A stretch of DNA of 63,741 nucleotides, the filler included, from Dirinaria sp. TL-2023a (Eukaryota), in NCBI GenBank assembly GCA_051941275.1. It is 11 parts of 11 records of this genome, joined end to end, with 100 filler letters (N's around TTAATTAATTAA, not from the genome) between each part and the next. Parts side by side here need not be neighbours in the genome. Positions count along the whole stretch, not along the records: positions 46,486 to 52,171 come from JAVEBF010001608.1; positions 52,272 to 57,957 come from JAVEBF010001609.1; positions 58,058 to 63,741 come from JAVEBF010001610.1; 8 more parts are not named here. The stretch is one strand, 5' to 3'. The position numbers and the translations under genes were made by a program. Positions 50,387 to 63,728 of the stretch are shown here, one piece after another. The notes beneath the pieces were generated by a model. The model did not search any database. It was not told where the DNA came from and saw only the letters and a list, made by a program, of their open reading frames with translations. How positions within the stretch are numbered: position 1 is the stretch's first letter; every line of letters starts with the position of its first letter.

Positions 50387-51784
50387 TCGATAGATTTCTG
50401 AAGGTCCATCCGATTTACGGCGGCTGTCGTCACTGATAGACAAGGATAGAAAGCGGGTCGAGTGTTTGTCTAGACGAGCTTGAGAAGGAGGGCGAGGCGA
50501 TGGAAGCTTTCTTTTCCTTCGAATCTTCGAATCCCGAGCTGTTTGCAGCCCAACACATTTGCTAGCGGCTCTCACTGACCCATTTTTCATGAGAGCGTTA
50601 GAAGGGCTCTGTGAAGTGTCCAGTTCAGATACGTTGGACGGGTGGGACCGTGTGCCGTAGACTAGACATCACATAGAGGGATAGAATCGTGGCTGAGAGT
50701 CCCACTGTTTGTCTTCATGCTCGGACAATTATTGACCGAGTGTAGGTATTCATTGGGGGGCCAAGTGGCAAGGAGGAGTGCCTTAGACGCGATGAAGGTA
50801 ATTTAGGCACGGTCACGGGTCAGGTACGGTAAGATAACTGAAGGCGCTTTACATACTAACCGTAACTAACCGTGGGTACCCCCCCACTACTCCCAAGGTG
50901 GAATGGAAGTCAATGGAACCGTTTACCTCCAAGTCCAACCCGTACCTTACGTGACTTGTGGTGGGGCACCCAGTACCCACCCCACCTCATTGCTTGTGAA
51001 GATACCTGTGCAGTCAGGTAAGTAAGTAGTACTTTAAGGCAACAGGACATCCGCGCTCCTCCCGGAGCTCTGTGATCCTGTTCCCCGCTATCAGCCATCC
51101 GCGCTATCAGCCATCCGTCCAAGGCGCATGCTGGCGCCAATCAGGGTTAAAGGAGCCGTAGCAGTGGACACGGTGGCCGTCACCGTGCCGCGTCCTGGTG
51201 CACTTTCTCAATCCATGTCCCAGTTATGATTGCAACGGTTATGATGTCAATGGAATACGTATCATGGAACTGTACGGCAATTCGCGTGGATACTTTCCTG
51301 CCAGGGTCGATGGAGACGTTTATCCTAGGATATCAAAAGTAAACATAGGTAGCTTGCTTGGGTGGCCAACGTCATGGCGATTGACCGGGTAACGGAGGAC
51401 GAGAAAGCGATTGCTACAGCGCCAATGTTTTTCTCAATGATTTTTTCATGCTTATCTGGCCTATTCGTGTTATGTCCCATCCTTGCCAGGCTAGCGAACT
51501 CCAGTCACCGAGACGTTTCCAATTGTTGGGTGGAGCAAGGTACGGAGGCAAATAATGGTACCTAAGCGAGAATCTCAATTGAACATTATTGTGCGCAGAG
51601 ACTAGAGAGGGAATTCAACCACCCCTCGACCGTAGGGCTTCGTCGGTGTTCATCGTGCGGGGCTATTCCTCTCCTGGTTTAGCGGGACGCCAAACCCCCA
51701 GATTCGTAGCTCGGCAAGTTCGGAATCCCTTTAGCATAAAAAGAGCCCCTCGCGCCTGCGGGGAGGAAGGCCAAGAATTACGAA

Positions 51785-51966
51785 CTGCGACCTGCAACCT
51801 GCAACCTACATGACTAAGTACTCTCGCTACTCTCGCTACTCTCGCTACGTTACTCACTTGCAATTTGCGCTTCGTCCCTTCCTTAGTCACCCAAACCTTA
51901 TCAATACCTGCCTTACCTGACTGGACTACCTACTGGACTACCTACTGGACTTGACTACTGGACTAC
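51785..51966. repeat. Cluster of short tandem repeats
   Basis: CTGC(G/A)AC x3, TACTCTCGC x3 and CTGGACTACCTA-type units near the contig end. Confidence 0.8.
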
Positions 51967-52171
51967 TTCACTACTGTACGCTCTACACTCTACTCTGTAC
52001 AGTACCTCATCACCCTTTCATCCTTGCACACTCATACTACTCCTCATCAACTATCATCTGCACTATTCACCACGCATCTTTACTACACTACTTTCTCCTT
52101 CCCTCTCGCCATAATTGCTCCTTCACACCCCCCTCTACACAGTATACATCTCCTCACCCCTTACACCTGTC

Positions 52172-52271
52172 NNNNNNNNNNNNNNNNNNNNNNNNNNNNN
52201 NNNNNNNNNNNNNNNTTAATTAATTAANNNNNNNNNNNNNNNNNNNNNNNNNNNNNNNNNNNNNNNNNNNN
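52172..52271. other. Artificial 100-nt contig spacer
   Basis: Same linker. Confidence 0.99.
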
Positions 52272-52363
52272 CCCCAAACCAACAAGAACCAACCTTCGCC
52301 CCATCCGTCCGTCCGTCCGTCTATCTTCGATAGACCGGCGGTTCTGTTCTCGCAGTTTCCCAA

Positions 52364-53070
52364 ATGCCCCTCTTCCCTATCTGCGCTTACTTCGACCTGC
52401 CCCAGTCCACCGGCCTCCCCCTCGGCTGGGAAGTTCGCTGGTCCAACTCCAAGAACCTGCCCTACTTCTTTAACCCGACCCTCAAAGAATCCAAATGGGA
52501 GCCGCCCAACGGCTCCGACGCCGACGCGTTGCGCGCCTACATCCACACCAACTTCCAGCCCTCCGCGCCGGCGGGCAAGATCCGAGCTGCGCATCTGCTC
52601 GTCAAGCACCGGGAGAGCCGGCGCCCCGCAAGTTGGAGGTCCGAGAACATCACGCGGACGAAGGAGGAGGCGAGGGAGATATTGGCCGGGTATGAGAAGA
52701 GGATAAAGGGTGGGGAGGTGGGGCTGGCGGATCTGGCGACCACGGAAAGCGATTGTAACAGTGCACGCAAGAGGGGGGACTTGTAAGTGAATTTGGTGAT
52801 TTAGAGGTGGTGCAGCAGAAGGTCTGGCTGGCTGACCAGTTTTTGTTTAGAGGCTTCTTCGGACCAGGCGAAATGCAGAAGGAATTTCAGGACGCGGCTT
52901 TTGCACTCAAGCCTGGCGAAGTGAGTGGGATTGTGGAAACGCAGTCGGGACTGCACCTCATCGAAAGGTACGTCATAGTCGACGCTTCCGAGACTATGTG
53001 GTGATGGACTGAGCTTCGTATTGCCCTACTGCCTGTCCAGTGCGAGCTGACCGCCTGCAGGCTGGATTAG
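52364..53070 (+). CDS. ESS1: Parvulin peptidyl-prolyl isomerase with WW domain (Ess1/Pin1/Ssp1)
   Basis: WW domain [22 protein letters not shown]...[36 protein letters not shown]. Introns 52783-52850 and 52968-53060; ends ERLD*. The true first exon may lie upstream, because 52364-52404 resembles an intron 3' end. Confidence 0.93.
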
Positions 53071-53395
53071 GATGAGATAACCCGCGTTTACGCTTCATTT
53101 CCGATTTCAAATTAGGGGGCTTCATGTGAGGGTAATGGGAGCCTGGAAGTCCATTCGAGGCAAGGCTAGCCGGCACTTGGTTACGGGTTTTTCAGGAGAC
53201 AGCTTGGCACGTAACAAGATCATAGACACATAGGAAGAAGGACACTGTATTCTGATAACACACCAGCTTACCCCAACGCACAGAGAACGCCAGAACTATG
53301 TATTTCTCGTCCTCTTAGCCTGCTCTAGGTTCCCCGTCGGGCATACGTCCGGACCCTTTCCCCATCGATGCCTGAACTGGGGCGGTTACGAAGAC

Positions 53396-54136
53396 TTAAC
53401 TCCTGCCACTCGTACCGCTCCTCCCTGAGTTGCTGCCTCGTGCACCGCTCATATAGTATGCTTGTGGTTGTGGATGAGGCTGGCCCCTATCTTGCCGCCG
53501 TGGATCACGACGCCTCTGTCTGCGTACGCTGGCAGCTGTGCCAAGAGGTGATTGTGGCTCTTCGTAATCCTCTACATAAGGTGCTCTGTAGCCCTGGGCT
53601 CCATTAGGGAAAGGGGTGTTCGCGGGTTGTGCATCTGCGAATGGCTCCTCGTTTGCACGCGGCATCGCAAACTGCCCATGGCCTTTCCACCTCGCTTGTG
53701 GCTGTGGCGACTGATTGTACAAACCGTATCCTTGCGGTGGTTGTACAGGCCGGGGTGCTTGATTATACGGATTTGCGCCGGCTGCTATACGAGGATCGTG
53801 ATTTGGAGCAGGTCCTAGCTTTTTTATTAGCCGTTACGTACTGACAGCGGAGTAGGTCATCGCATTTCCTCTGCACATACCTCGATTGTGATTCCCTCTT
53901 GGGCCTCTCTCGTATCCTTCAGGGACCCCATCGGCGGCTGCTTGACCTGATCGTGCTCGCCGTTGCCTTCTTTCGTTACGTCTATTTTCTTTGGCCTGAC
54001 TTAATTTTCTGTACAGTTTCTCGGACTCTGCAATTTCCTCATATGTGGTCGCTAATTTATTCAAATGCTGCATGACTTCGCTAATGCGCGGGTGTTCAGC
54101 ATGCCTGGACTGCCGGCGACTTAACGAGTTTCCCAT
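53396..54136 (-). CDS. Hypothetical low-complexity protein with N-myristoylation-like start
   Basis: MGNSLS start, coiled/basic first exon. Phase-consistent intron 53815-53880 (GTATGT...GCTAAT...TAG) leads into a P/Q/R-rich exon. Confidence 0.55.
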
Positions 54137-54540
54137 GGCTGGGGCTGGATATGTTGTGAATGAGTGCAGAGATTGGCTCTACTAGTAAGATTTTGCGAAG
54201 GGAGTCATAGGTATATGATAAACTACAGGAGGCTTTAATAGCGTAATTGGTCGTAGCGTAAGTATTGTATATGATCTCGTGACCTATACAACATTTCTCG
54301 TCGTGTTTGCTGTTGACAAACGATCCATCAAAGCAGAGCCATTGCTGACGCAGTCGCGCACGGTTGGTTGAATGGGTTTTCTTTCATGTTCCTGAGTTTG
54401 TAGTTTTGTAGAGAATGGCTGAAAGACTATGACCTTCTTTTTGTTTGGCGTAAACTTGGTTCCCAGTTTCATATCTTGGATAAGCAAAATCATAGCTAGA
54501 AAACCCCTAGAATATGGTGGCTCTGCAAAAGGATCTCCAT

Positions 54541-55794
54541 TCATTGTTCACTTGTAAGTCCAACCTGAAGGATTACCCCTGCCTCTCGCATACGGTCGAC
54601 GAAAGGCTGTCCTAACGTTGCAGGAGTCAAGACGCCGCCAGTGTATGCATTTCCGGCCTTCCGGTCCCGGAGAATAACCATAGCAGCTTCTGCAAGCAAA
54701 AGTCCAGTGAGATAGTAGTGACCGCCATCCCATCGAAACCTACCGAATGCGCGTTTAGGACTAGCAGAGTTCTCGTCCGCTCTCGCTAGAGCTCGCCACT
54801 CGATCGCTTCGTTTCTCGTGTTCTCTTTAGAATCGCCCTCTCCAGGCGCATAAACGAGCTTTTGCACGAGATAGCGAAACGGACGAAAGGAAAGTGCTAC
54901 TGCGCCGAATATGAGAGCAAAATGCACCATCGCACCCACTACTGCATTCCGCACAGTCGCATACTCATTATACTGGAATCGCGATCCATAGTATTTCCCT
55001 TGGTCCAGCAGGCTCCAGCTCCGTTGCACGATAGCTCTATTGGTGGCGCCTGCTATTGAAGTTGTTAGGACGCCTAATCCGGGAACAGTTCGCACACCAA
55101 ACAGCTTAGTTAGAAACGAAGTCTTTTTAACTGGTTTAGGACCGTGGATGGAAGACATTGCCCAGGGCCTGGTCGCCTTTGCGATACCTTTGAGACCATA
55201 TGTATCCTGGATGGTCAAAACCGTGGCCATAGTACCCCCTGACGGCCGTCCATTGATACGATGGAGGCTTCCTATGATTTCTTCGGTGCCAAGAGAGAAC
55301 TTTTCACGGAAGAAAGTAGCCAGGGACCAAGTCAGCATGTCTGATGGAGCCGATTCAATGCCAATCTCTGGGATGATGATTGCCCCGGTTTTCTCTGCAG
55401 TGGCGTGATACCTTTCTATCATTTCCAAAACCCATGGCGACTCACCCGTGACATCGAGATAATGTGTGCCATTTTTTGCACACGCTTCGACCACCGGACT
55501 GCTATACAAATGATACGGTCCAATGGTATTAATTAGAAGCGTAGTACTCCTTGTTAAGATGTCCAGATCCTCTGTGCTTAGAGTAGCGATCTCAACCTCA
55601 GGCTGAGCACGATCTTGGTGGTAGGACTTTAATTCGTGGATAAGACTGGATAGCTTCGAGCTCGATCTGCCAGCAACAGCCCATTTGAGATCGGTTGGGA
55701 GGTTTTTGGCGATGTACTCTGCACACAACTTGCCAGTGTAGCCAGAAGCACCAAGGAGGATCAATTCATATTGTCTTAATTGGCTAGGAGACAT
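54541..55794 (-). CDS. Saccharopine dehydrogenase-like oxidoreductase (SCCPDH-like)
   Basis: Intronless 417 aa. Rossmann GASGYTG, AVAGRS, NTIGPY, HYLDVTGE, GGVLTPA. Confidence 0.92.
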   Translation of the reverse strand: MSPSQLRQYELILLGASGYTGKLCAEYIAKNLPTDLKWAVAGRSSSKLSSLIHELKSYHQDRAQPEVEIATLSTEDLDILTRSTTLLINTIGPYHLYSSPVVEACAKNGTHYLDVTGESPWVLEMIERYHATAEKTGAIIIPEIGIESAPSDMLTWSLATFFREKFSLGTEEIIGSLHRINGRPSGGTMATVLTIQDTYGLKGIAKATRPWAMSSIHGPKPVKKTSFLTKLFGVRTVPGLGVLTTSIAGATNRAIVQRSWSLLDQGKYYGSRFQYNEYATVRNAVVGAMVHFALIFGAVALSFRPFRYLVQKLVYAPGEGDSKENTRNEAIEWRALARADENSASPKRAFGRFRWDGGHYYLTGLLLAEAAMVILRDRKAGNAYTGGVLTPATLGQPFVDRMREAGVILQVGLTSEQ

Positions 55795-56172
55795 GATTTA
55801 CAGGTCGTGATATGAAAGAAGTATTGAGGAGATTGATATCTCAGAGCATGGGAAAGACCAATGGAAGGAAAACAATTTATTTCATCTCCTTGGGAACAAG
55901 CCGTAGCTTATTTGATCTTACCTATTGCAATGATGATCTCAATTAAAGAGGATTCACTGAAACATTGACTCTGATCGAAGTGCAGAGAGTTTCTTGTGCA
56001 TTGAAAAACCCGACGGACGCCAGACAGTCCTCAAGTGGAATAGCACGATGCCAAGAACTTGAGCGATCTAAGCGAGCTCAACCCACACTAACTGTAAATT
56101 GTGATCCACACCACGACCACCAAACAGCCTTCGATCTTACTTCCTCATCGACCATCAATCTACATCGCCACA

Positions 56173-56670
56173 ATGACGAAACGAACGAAGAGTGAGTATC
56201 CTGGCTTGCGCATTTGCCAATCCTTTTACGTCTTTACTGACCAATACATCCAGAGGTCGGTGTTACCGGTAAATACGGTACTCGGTATGCGTCCATAGAG
56301 TCTTTCCTCTGCCCCCGTTCAAGATCAAAACCCGTCGACCGAGCTGTGAACTGATGAGCTATGTTCAGTTACGGTGCCTCCCTCAGGAAACAAGTCAAGA
56401 AGATGGAAATCACCCAACATGCACGATACACCTGTACCTTCTGCGGTAAAACCACAGTCAAGCGACACTCCGTCGGAATCTGGGAATGCCGCTCCTGCAG
56501 GAAGACAGTTGCCGGCGGTGCATGGACAGTGGCGTAAGTTATGGAAGATAACCGCATCGACACGAACCGGATACATAGGTGAAGAAAGATTCTGACAAAT
56601 CACAAGGACACCGGCTGCTGCTGCGGCACGATCTACGATCCGTCGTCTGAGAGAATTGGTGGAGGTGTAG
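56173..56670 (+). CDS. RPL43: 60S ribosomal protein eL43 (L37a)
   Basis: Exons 56173-56191, 56254-56284, 56369-56533, 56607-56670 give [44 protein letters not shown]...WECRSC...[11 protein letters not shown]. Not recovered by the ORF track. Confidence 0.97.
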
Positions 56671-57957
56671 TCTCGATTTGCAAAGAAACATAGTGGAGTT
56701 TATCTGGTCGATGCGCCTGCGTAGGACGCGTGGTTGTCGGTAGTCGATAGCATAAAACACCAATCAGCTTCATCCAAGCAAGCCTTTCTTAGGCGCCTCC
56801 CATCCGTCTTCCTCGAGGAAAAGAGTCTATCGCCGGAAAGGCTTCGATCAGACAGGAAGATGGCTCTACCATGATGTACCAGTGAGACCGCCGTTTGCAT
56901 TTCAGAGTCGCATGTCCCCCTCGGCTGCTACCTACGTATCTTATTATTCCAACCGTACGAAATTTCTTAACGTCCAAGCTGGCCACGACAGCAGCACTGG
57001 TCCTAAATTGGAGACTCGCGGATTACAGGGTGAAATAGCTGCTACCACCAGTTTGGCTTGCCGGTTCCCGCTTGTTTTCCAAATGCGACAAAGGAGCTTC
57101 ACAGGCGGGTCATAACCGCTTTAAGAAGATTTCCAAAGTGGATTTCCAGCTTTCTCCGTTCTATCTCGCCTGAAACTCTCGAAGTTCATATACTATCTTT
57201 GTCTAATAAGCTTCCATCAAAATCCCGATGACTGAGATCCTAGTTTGACTCCATATGTTGTCCGAAGCTTACTTAACTTCACGAGTGCTTCACTTAATCC
57301 ACACCACTGAGATGTCATCCAATCTTCACAGGCTCTACTAATATTCTTCTTCAACAGTAACATCTTAAGGTAAGTTCTATCTAACCTAGAAATGATGGCC
57401 ATTACCCAAATGTCGCTCTCTCTATGAGACTGACATCTCTTGTCGAGAAGACCTTGTTCTCCAAGTCACGAGACCCAAGATATTTCTGCAACCAAAATTC
57501 TGTTCGATTTCGATACATTCTTCATCCCAACCCAAAGGCTTTTCCGGGCTATTTCTAAGGACCTACGAATAAATCCGAGTTAAGACCAGGTAAGATTGGA
57601 GAAATCTTTCTGACACGCATGGGAGCCACTGGTGCTGGTGTCAATTGTTTCCCACTTTCGGATCTTAAGGCGACTACTGCGTCTTCACCTCTGCAGGCAC
57701 CTTCATTTTTCACACAGTGGCAAGATGATGGGCAGGTGATTATGGGCAGCGATTCGCAGTCCGGGTCATCCACTTGCAGCCTGCAGGCTTAGCGCCCTCT
57801 TAGCGCGGTCCTAAACAAAACCGCGGTTCCGCTCGACTTTCCATCTTTCTCTCTCTCCTCTACCTTATCTGTACTGTACGTACTGTACTACTACTAACTG
57901 CACTACTATACTACTGTGCTTCCCACACACGCACCTCCAACCCTCCCCCCCTTCCTC

Positions 57958-58057
57958 NNNNNNNNNNNNNNNNNNNNNNNNNNNNNNNNNNNNNNNNNNN
58001 NTTAATTAATTAANNNNNNNNNNNNNNNNNNNNNNNNNNNNNNNNNNNNNNNNNNNN
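57958..58057. other. Artificial 100-nt contig spacer
   Basis: Same linker. Confidence 0.99.
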
Positions 58058-58553
58058 CTATATATACTCAAAACGGGTTATATCCCGCCCTCATTACTTC
58101 CCAAAGTAACCCCTCTCTGTTTCCAATTTATTGATATTCAGAGAGGAGGGAGTAATCAATCTATCAATGAATAAATATATTTTCTATAAATCGGACTCTC
58201 ATCTCCCCCTCGGCCGGGTTGGGGGGTGATATGATTGCTGATTCAGTGATTTAAGCTTGTCTGTCGACGTACCTATGGACTTGGGGTGATAGGAGAAAAG
58301 TTCGCCGCACCTTGTTTAATTTATTATGGAAACCAGCTGGTCTTCGTTTCGGCTTATATAGGTATACGTCAGTGCTCAAGATTCCGAAGAATAGGTTCAT
58401 AACGCTTCAGCGTCAAGGTGGTGTTGAGGGATGGGGACACTATCATTTCCCAAGATACACAGTTCAATCATCTGAACCCAAATTCCCAGAACTCGTCTAC
58501 ATCTATACCATACATACATATATACATACAAATCGTTTCTATTAAAAACCGTT

Positions 58554-60309
58554 TCAGAACCGGCCGCCGGGGCCGTCTTCCCCACCTACGGCAGTAACAT
58601 GCACCTCCTTCCTCACAACGATATCCCTCTCATCATCGACCACATCCTCGGCCCTCACGGGCGCCGCCTGCGCCGCCGCAACTGTATACGTCGGCGCGGC
58701 GGGATCATCGAACGGCCACCCTGCTCCTCCCCCTCCAGCACCTCTTGATGCAGATACCGTAGTTGCCCCCCCACCCGCATGCGACTTCAGCTCGACGCTA
58801 GAATCCGACTCCTCGTCCAGTTTCCCGAAGCCGCGGCCTAGGATCCGAGAAGGGGGCACGACGACGGTGCTGAGTTTCGTGAGGCCGGAGCCGCCGGAAT
58901 TGAGTTTGTATCTTCGGCGGCTGCTGGAGCTGTTGCTGGGTTGGCTGTGGCGCCAGGATTTGTATTGTTGGTAGAGGATGGGCAGGACGACGGGGAGGGA
59001 ACCGCAGAGGATCGCGCACACTTCTTCCGCTGCGGAGAGGATGAGGAATATTACTACTCCGTCTAGTGCGGGATGGAAAGGTTAGTGGAGTTGATGGATG
59101 TGGAATGTCTGGTTCATGTAGTGGGTATATTTGGTCGACATAGTTTCTTGACTGAGAGGTAGATGGGGGAACGGCTGGGTAACTTACAGCTTGGATCTGT
59201 ACTATCGTCTGTATCTACGAATAATTCGACAATACGGGCTAGTTCGAGAAGACAGGCACTGTGTTACACAAACTGAATTAGCGCATTGTTGAAAAGTGAA
59301 TGTGAAATGTGAATCTAGGAAGGAGCTGCCAAAAAGGCAAAAGTATGTAATGTGCGCAAGATTTAAAAAATACTTACAGCGTGCCAACGCCAAAGATGGC
59401 AGCAAGTCCTAGCTTCTTCTTTGTCGAGACTTGAAGCTTTAATATGGCTGTAATTGGCAGACAGAGCATGGCCACATCCGAAATGAGGCCAAAGACCAGA
59501 GGCAGTGCGACGTGCTGGACAGTCGTGGCATTGCACTGGCCGGTTCTGTGATAGGGAGGATCGGTCTGGAATTTCTGATAATAGCGCAACCAATACCATT
59601 GGACTGGCCAGCATTGGAAGAGGTAGAAACCGGTGGCGCCGAATGCCCACAAGAGAATATAAATCAGATTCGCCCACCAAGCGATGCGCAGCCATTTCTG
59701 GTGCACGAGGAAGAGACGGCGGTAGAGGAAGAGGAGGGAGAGTTTGATAAAAGTGAACGTTGGACCTTGCAGGACCATAGTAATCCAGACATGCTGCGCA
59801 TCTGGTTAGTGATGCTGGCAGTAGACTTGCATATGCAATCAAGGTTGCATTTGAGATGGAAGGCCCACTTTGAAGGTGTTTGCCAAATTGTGCGGTTTGT
59901 GCGGGTCATGCGCATTTATGTCGGTAAAATGCAGGCCGAGTCCATAATGAGTAGCTAAGCACCTCAAATTAGGATATCAAAAGCTACGCATGCATGCGAG
60001 TAGAGGGGGATTGAGTGTACAAGCAAGAAGATTTCCAATGACCGCATCGACACAGGCCTTAGAGGAAGTCAGCAACGTCGGCGCATTTCCTCTGCACTTT
60101 CAGCAACAGCATACCGCACTTAGGAGAGCGAAGACATCTTCGATAATTACACTCCTTCTTGCCTTGTAATGGGTCCGGAAATGCACATAGACTCGTGAGA
60201 CAATGACAACATTATTGATGACCAGAAACGTTATTAAGCTGCCATATAACTGCGATCGCCTGTCACCGGGTTGGCCAAGCGGAGCCTCCTGGCGGGAAAG
60301 AATGACCAT
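58554..60309 (-). CDS. PTH11-like (fungal rhodopsin domain) integral membrane protein without CFEM
   Basis: Six exons reconstructed. EDVFALLS, YGLGLH, IKLSLLFLYRRLF, FQCWPV...W, DVAMLCLP, KKKLGL..IF, E...AILCGSLP. Confidence 0.88.
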
Positions 60310-61942
60310 GGCTCGAATCCTTTGCCCTTGAAAGGCAGGGGAATTGGAAAGAAGGAAAGAGCATGGAAAGAAGCAGCCTGAAGACCAAAAAGCTCCAACA
60401 CCGAACTAGCCACCCACCGTCCCTGCGGCTGTACAAGTAATAACATTATTGCGGTGAGCGAGTCGGAGACGGGGAGCGGGCCGAATGGATGATTTGGGGA
60501 AGGGTTGTAGTGAATTCTTACACGCAGTAGGCTGAGAGTAGCTCTACTACGCGTAGCTAGTGCTGTCTTGTGTGGAGGACTTGAGGTCGGCCAAGTCTTT
60601 AGCCCCATGCGTCAAGGCACAAAGAATGAAGATGAGCCAGTCATGTTAGTAGACTTGATAAGTACTTGGCCCTCATGACGCTGACGGCATGATGCATATG
60701 CGCAACCATCCTGCGAAAAGTGTAATCTGACTGGGGAAAGGACCCGAGTGATTGGGGGTAGTTGGTAGGAAAGATTCGCACGTGGGATCTCGTGGACGAT
60801 TGGATCGAGTATTCCAATCGGGTTTTACCTTCTGCTGTTATTGCATGACGCACGAATACCTTCTTTTCTTTTTTCCTCTTGATAGCCACGTGAGGTTTCG
60901 TGGGAGAGGCCGCTCTGCGATCTGCCAGCGCCCACGCAGGTGTCCAGTAGTTTGCAGCCGAATCATACATGGCTCGAAGGGCAAAAATAATGGGGCGCGA
61001 TCCAACAGCTAGCGCTGATCCTTCACGTAGCAGACTGCTTAGGTTGGGAATGGCGGCGTCGATCTTCTGGTCATCCGATGCCGCCCGTTGTCAGATTACT
61101 CGGGCGCGTTCCGTCCCTACAATCGCTCACCAGATCATCTCGAATGTCAATCATTATAGATTGATAAGTTTATATTGCGTGAACATTGTGTAACATCAAC
61201 GACTCGTAAGATTCAATTATATGTCGGATAGAACCGCGGGTGAAGTGCGTTGCCGCAAAGAAGCCGTGAAAACTTTCCGCTCTGCCTTTTGGCTTGGCAG
61301 GAGAATCATTCCTCCGAAATCACGTAATCGCCCGGCTTACCAGTAGTGTCTCACCAGTCCTAAATCCGAGGTTAAGCTCGATTTGATCCAAGGGCTGACG
61401 CTAATCTTCCCGCCCACCGTCTCTCTCCCTCTCCCTCTCCACGGAGCACCTTACCCAAAGTATTTTAAAATGTAACCTTGGGATCGCATACTGACTAGCG
61501 GCAATCGTCCTTGGTGCGCGTGTGCGGCGTCGGGCGAATAGTCTGCAACAATCAGAAATTGAAACGACGCACGAGGCACGCTCACTTCAGTAATTCACCC
61601 AATCCTTTTCCCCCCACAACCTCAGGCTCCGGGTACCTGACTCCAAACTCCTACCCCAACGCCCGAGCGCATCCGTGCTTTCACGCCTTCCAGCTTTCTC
61701 CCCTCCGATCTCATACTTTATCATCTTTATTAGTATTATTCTTAGAAGTACACTGTCTCTCCTGCTCCACGCCATCGGAGGCCATCAGGTGCGATTTTGC
61801 TGCATGCAGGGACTTTCCCATCTCACATCTTACCCTGCGCATGTGATTGGGCCTCTACGCCAAGCTTATCTAGACCATCAAGTGTTGAATATTGGCATTT
61901 GGAGATAACTTCTAGTCTGCGCTCATTCTGTTCAGTTAAGAG

Positions 61943-63611
61943 ATGGCCGATCAGGTAGAGGAGGGGAAGACCGCTCACATGGCCGAAGGAGGCTCGTTCC
62001 CTTTGGAGTACGATGCCGCCGCCGACACACGTGTACGGCGCAAATTGGATTGGAATATGTTGCCATTGTTTTTTGTGCTCTGTGAGTTGTGTATCCTTGC
62101 TATTTGACGAGTAACGCTGGGACCTGCCTGTGACAAATCCTCAAAATTTGAATATTGAGTCGAATTTTGCAACTAATCGTCCTCCCCTCAGATATGCTTG
62201 CCTTTCTAGACAGAAGCAATATTGGCAACGCAGAAATAGCCGGCATGAAAAAGGATCTAAAACTAGGCGGGGATCGATACGAATGGCTGCTGACAATATT
62301 CTACATCACTTACATCGTGTTCGAATTTTCTTTATTATTCTGGAAAATCTTACCGCCCCACATGGTCGCCGCGACCGTCATCTTTCTCTGGGGCCTCGTT
62401 GCGACGCTGCAGTCCGCGGCGCAGAATTGGAGCGGCATGATGGCCCTGCGCTTTTTTCTCGGCGCATTCGAAGCTGCCTATGCACCGGGGGTCATTTACT
62501 TGTTTTCTTTCTTCTATCTCCGCCATGAAGTTGGGTTCCGTTGCGGTATCTTTGCCTCTGCAGCTCCTCTAGCGTCCACTTTCGCGGGCGCGCTGGCCTA
62601 TGGAATTACCAATGGGCATTCCAAGCTGGCGAATTGGAGGCTTCTGTTTCTGGTCGAAGGTATCCCGACTATATTGATGGTTCCGTTCGCCTACCTCTTC
62701 ATTCCCGATTCTCCGGATCGGGCAAAATTTCTGAGCCCAGAGGAAAAGGAAATCGCGCGCGCACGAGCTATAAGGCAGACAGGCATGAGTGAAAGGCTTG
62801 GCAGTGTGGATGTGAGGCAGCTTGCGAAGACACTTTTTGACCTAAAGGCTTGGTGTAATGCTGTGTGTATCACCTAAAAAGCATTGGTGTCTGGGCACTT
62901 GTTAACGGTTATCCCTGGCAGTTACTCTACTTCAGTGCTAATGTCAGCTACGCGAGCTTACCAGTCTATCTCCCTACCATCCTGACACAGATGGGTTACA
63001 GCAGCATCGACGCGCAGGGTCTATCAGCGCCACCATACTTCGTTGCTTTCCTTTTCGCCCTGATCACCACCTTCCTGGCCGATCGAACACAGCAACGCGG
63101 GTTAGTCCTCATTGTAACCTCGTTAGTGGGTGCGATCGGCTACCTAGTTCTGGCAACCGTCGACACGGTAGGCGCGCGATACTTCGCCGTCTTCCTAGCC
63201 GCCGCCGGCGTATTCTCCACGATTCCCAACATCCTCGCATGGACACTTAACAACCAAGGCAACGATAGCCGCCGCGGGGCGGGCCTTGTGCTCATCAATG
63301 TCGTCGGTCAATGCGGGCCTGTTCTCGGTACACGACTGTATCCGGCCAATGAAGCGAAGCGGTACGTGAAGGGGATGAGCGTTTGCGCTGCCTTCATGCT
63401 TTTTGCAGCAGTATTATCCTTGGCGCTGCGGTTTCTGCTGGTGTGGGAGAATAGAAGGCTGGACAGGAAGTACGGTGCACCGGGGTCTGCTGTGGCTGCT
63501 GAGAGTGATAAGGAGGTGGTTACACCCGATGAGAAGTATCCGGGACCGGTAGGGAAGGCTCCGAATGCGGCAGTGGAGGACTACGGGCCTAATTATCGAT
63601 ACGTGCTGTGA
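61943..63611 (+). CDS. MFS transporter, Dal5/Tna1 (anion:cation symporter) family
   Basis: VRRKLD...LP, AFLDRSNIGNA, LRFFLGAFEA, WRLLFLVEGIPT, LADRTQQRG, ENRRLD. Introns 62082-62191 and 62863-62921. Confidence 0.93.
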
Positions 63612-63690
63612 ACTAGCACGGGGCGAGAGAAATTGCATTCTTCATAGAAAGCTCATTGTCGGACGGGGTCTTTGGGCCGTTTAAAAATTT

Positions 63691-63728
<38 letters not shown>

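Noticed and set aside
52968..53060. Possible stwintron or alternative acceptor (CAG at 53040) in the last ESS1 intron
   Set aside because: The residual external intron would be about 20 nt. The distal acceptor has a canonical GCTGAC branch and gives the expected ERLD end.
55930..55974. Box C/D snoRNA-like ATGATGA...CTGA...CTGA
   Set aside because: Only about 45 nt, with no convincing terminal stem or recognisable guide; it lies in a divergent promoter.
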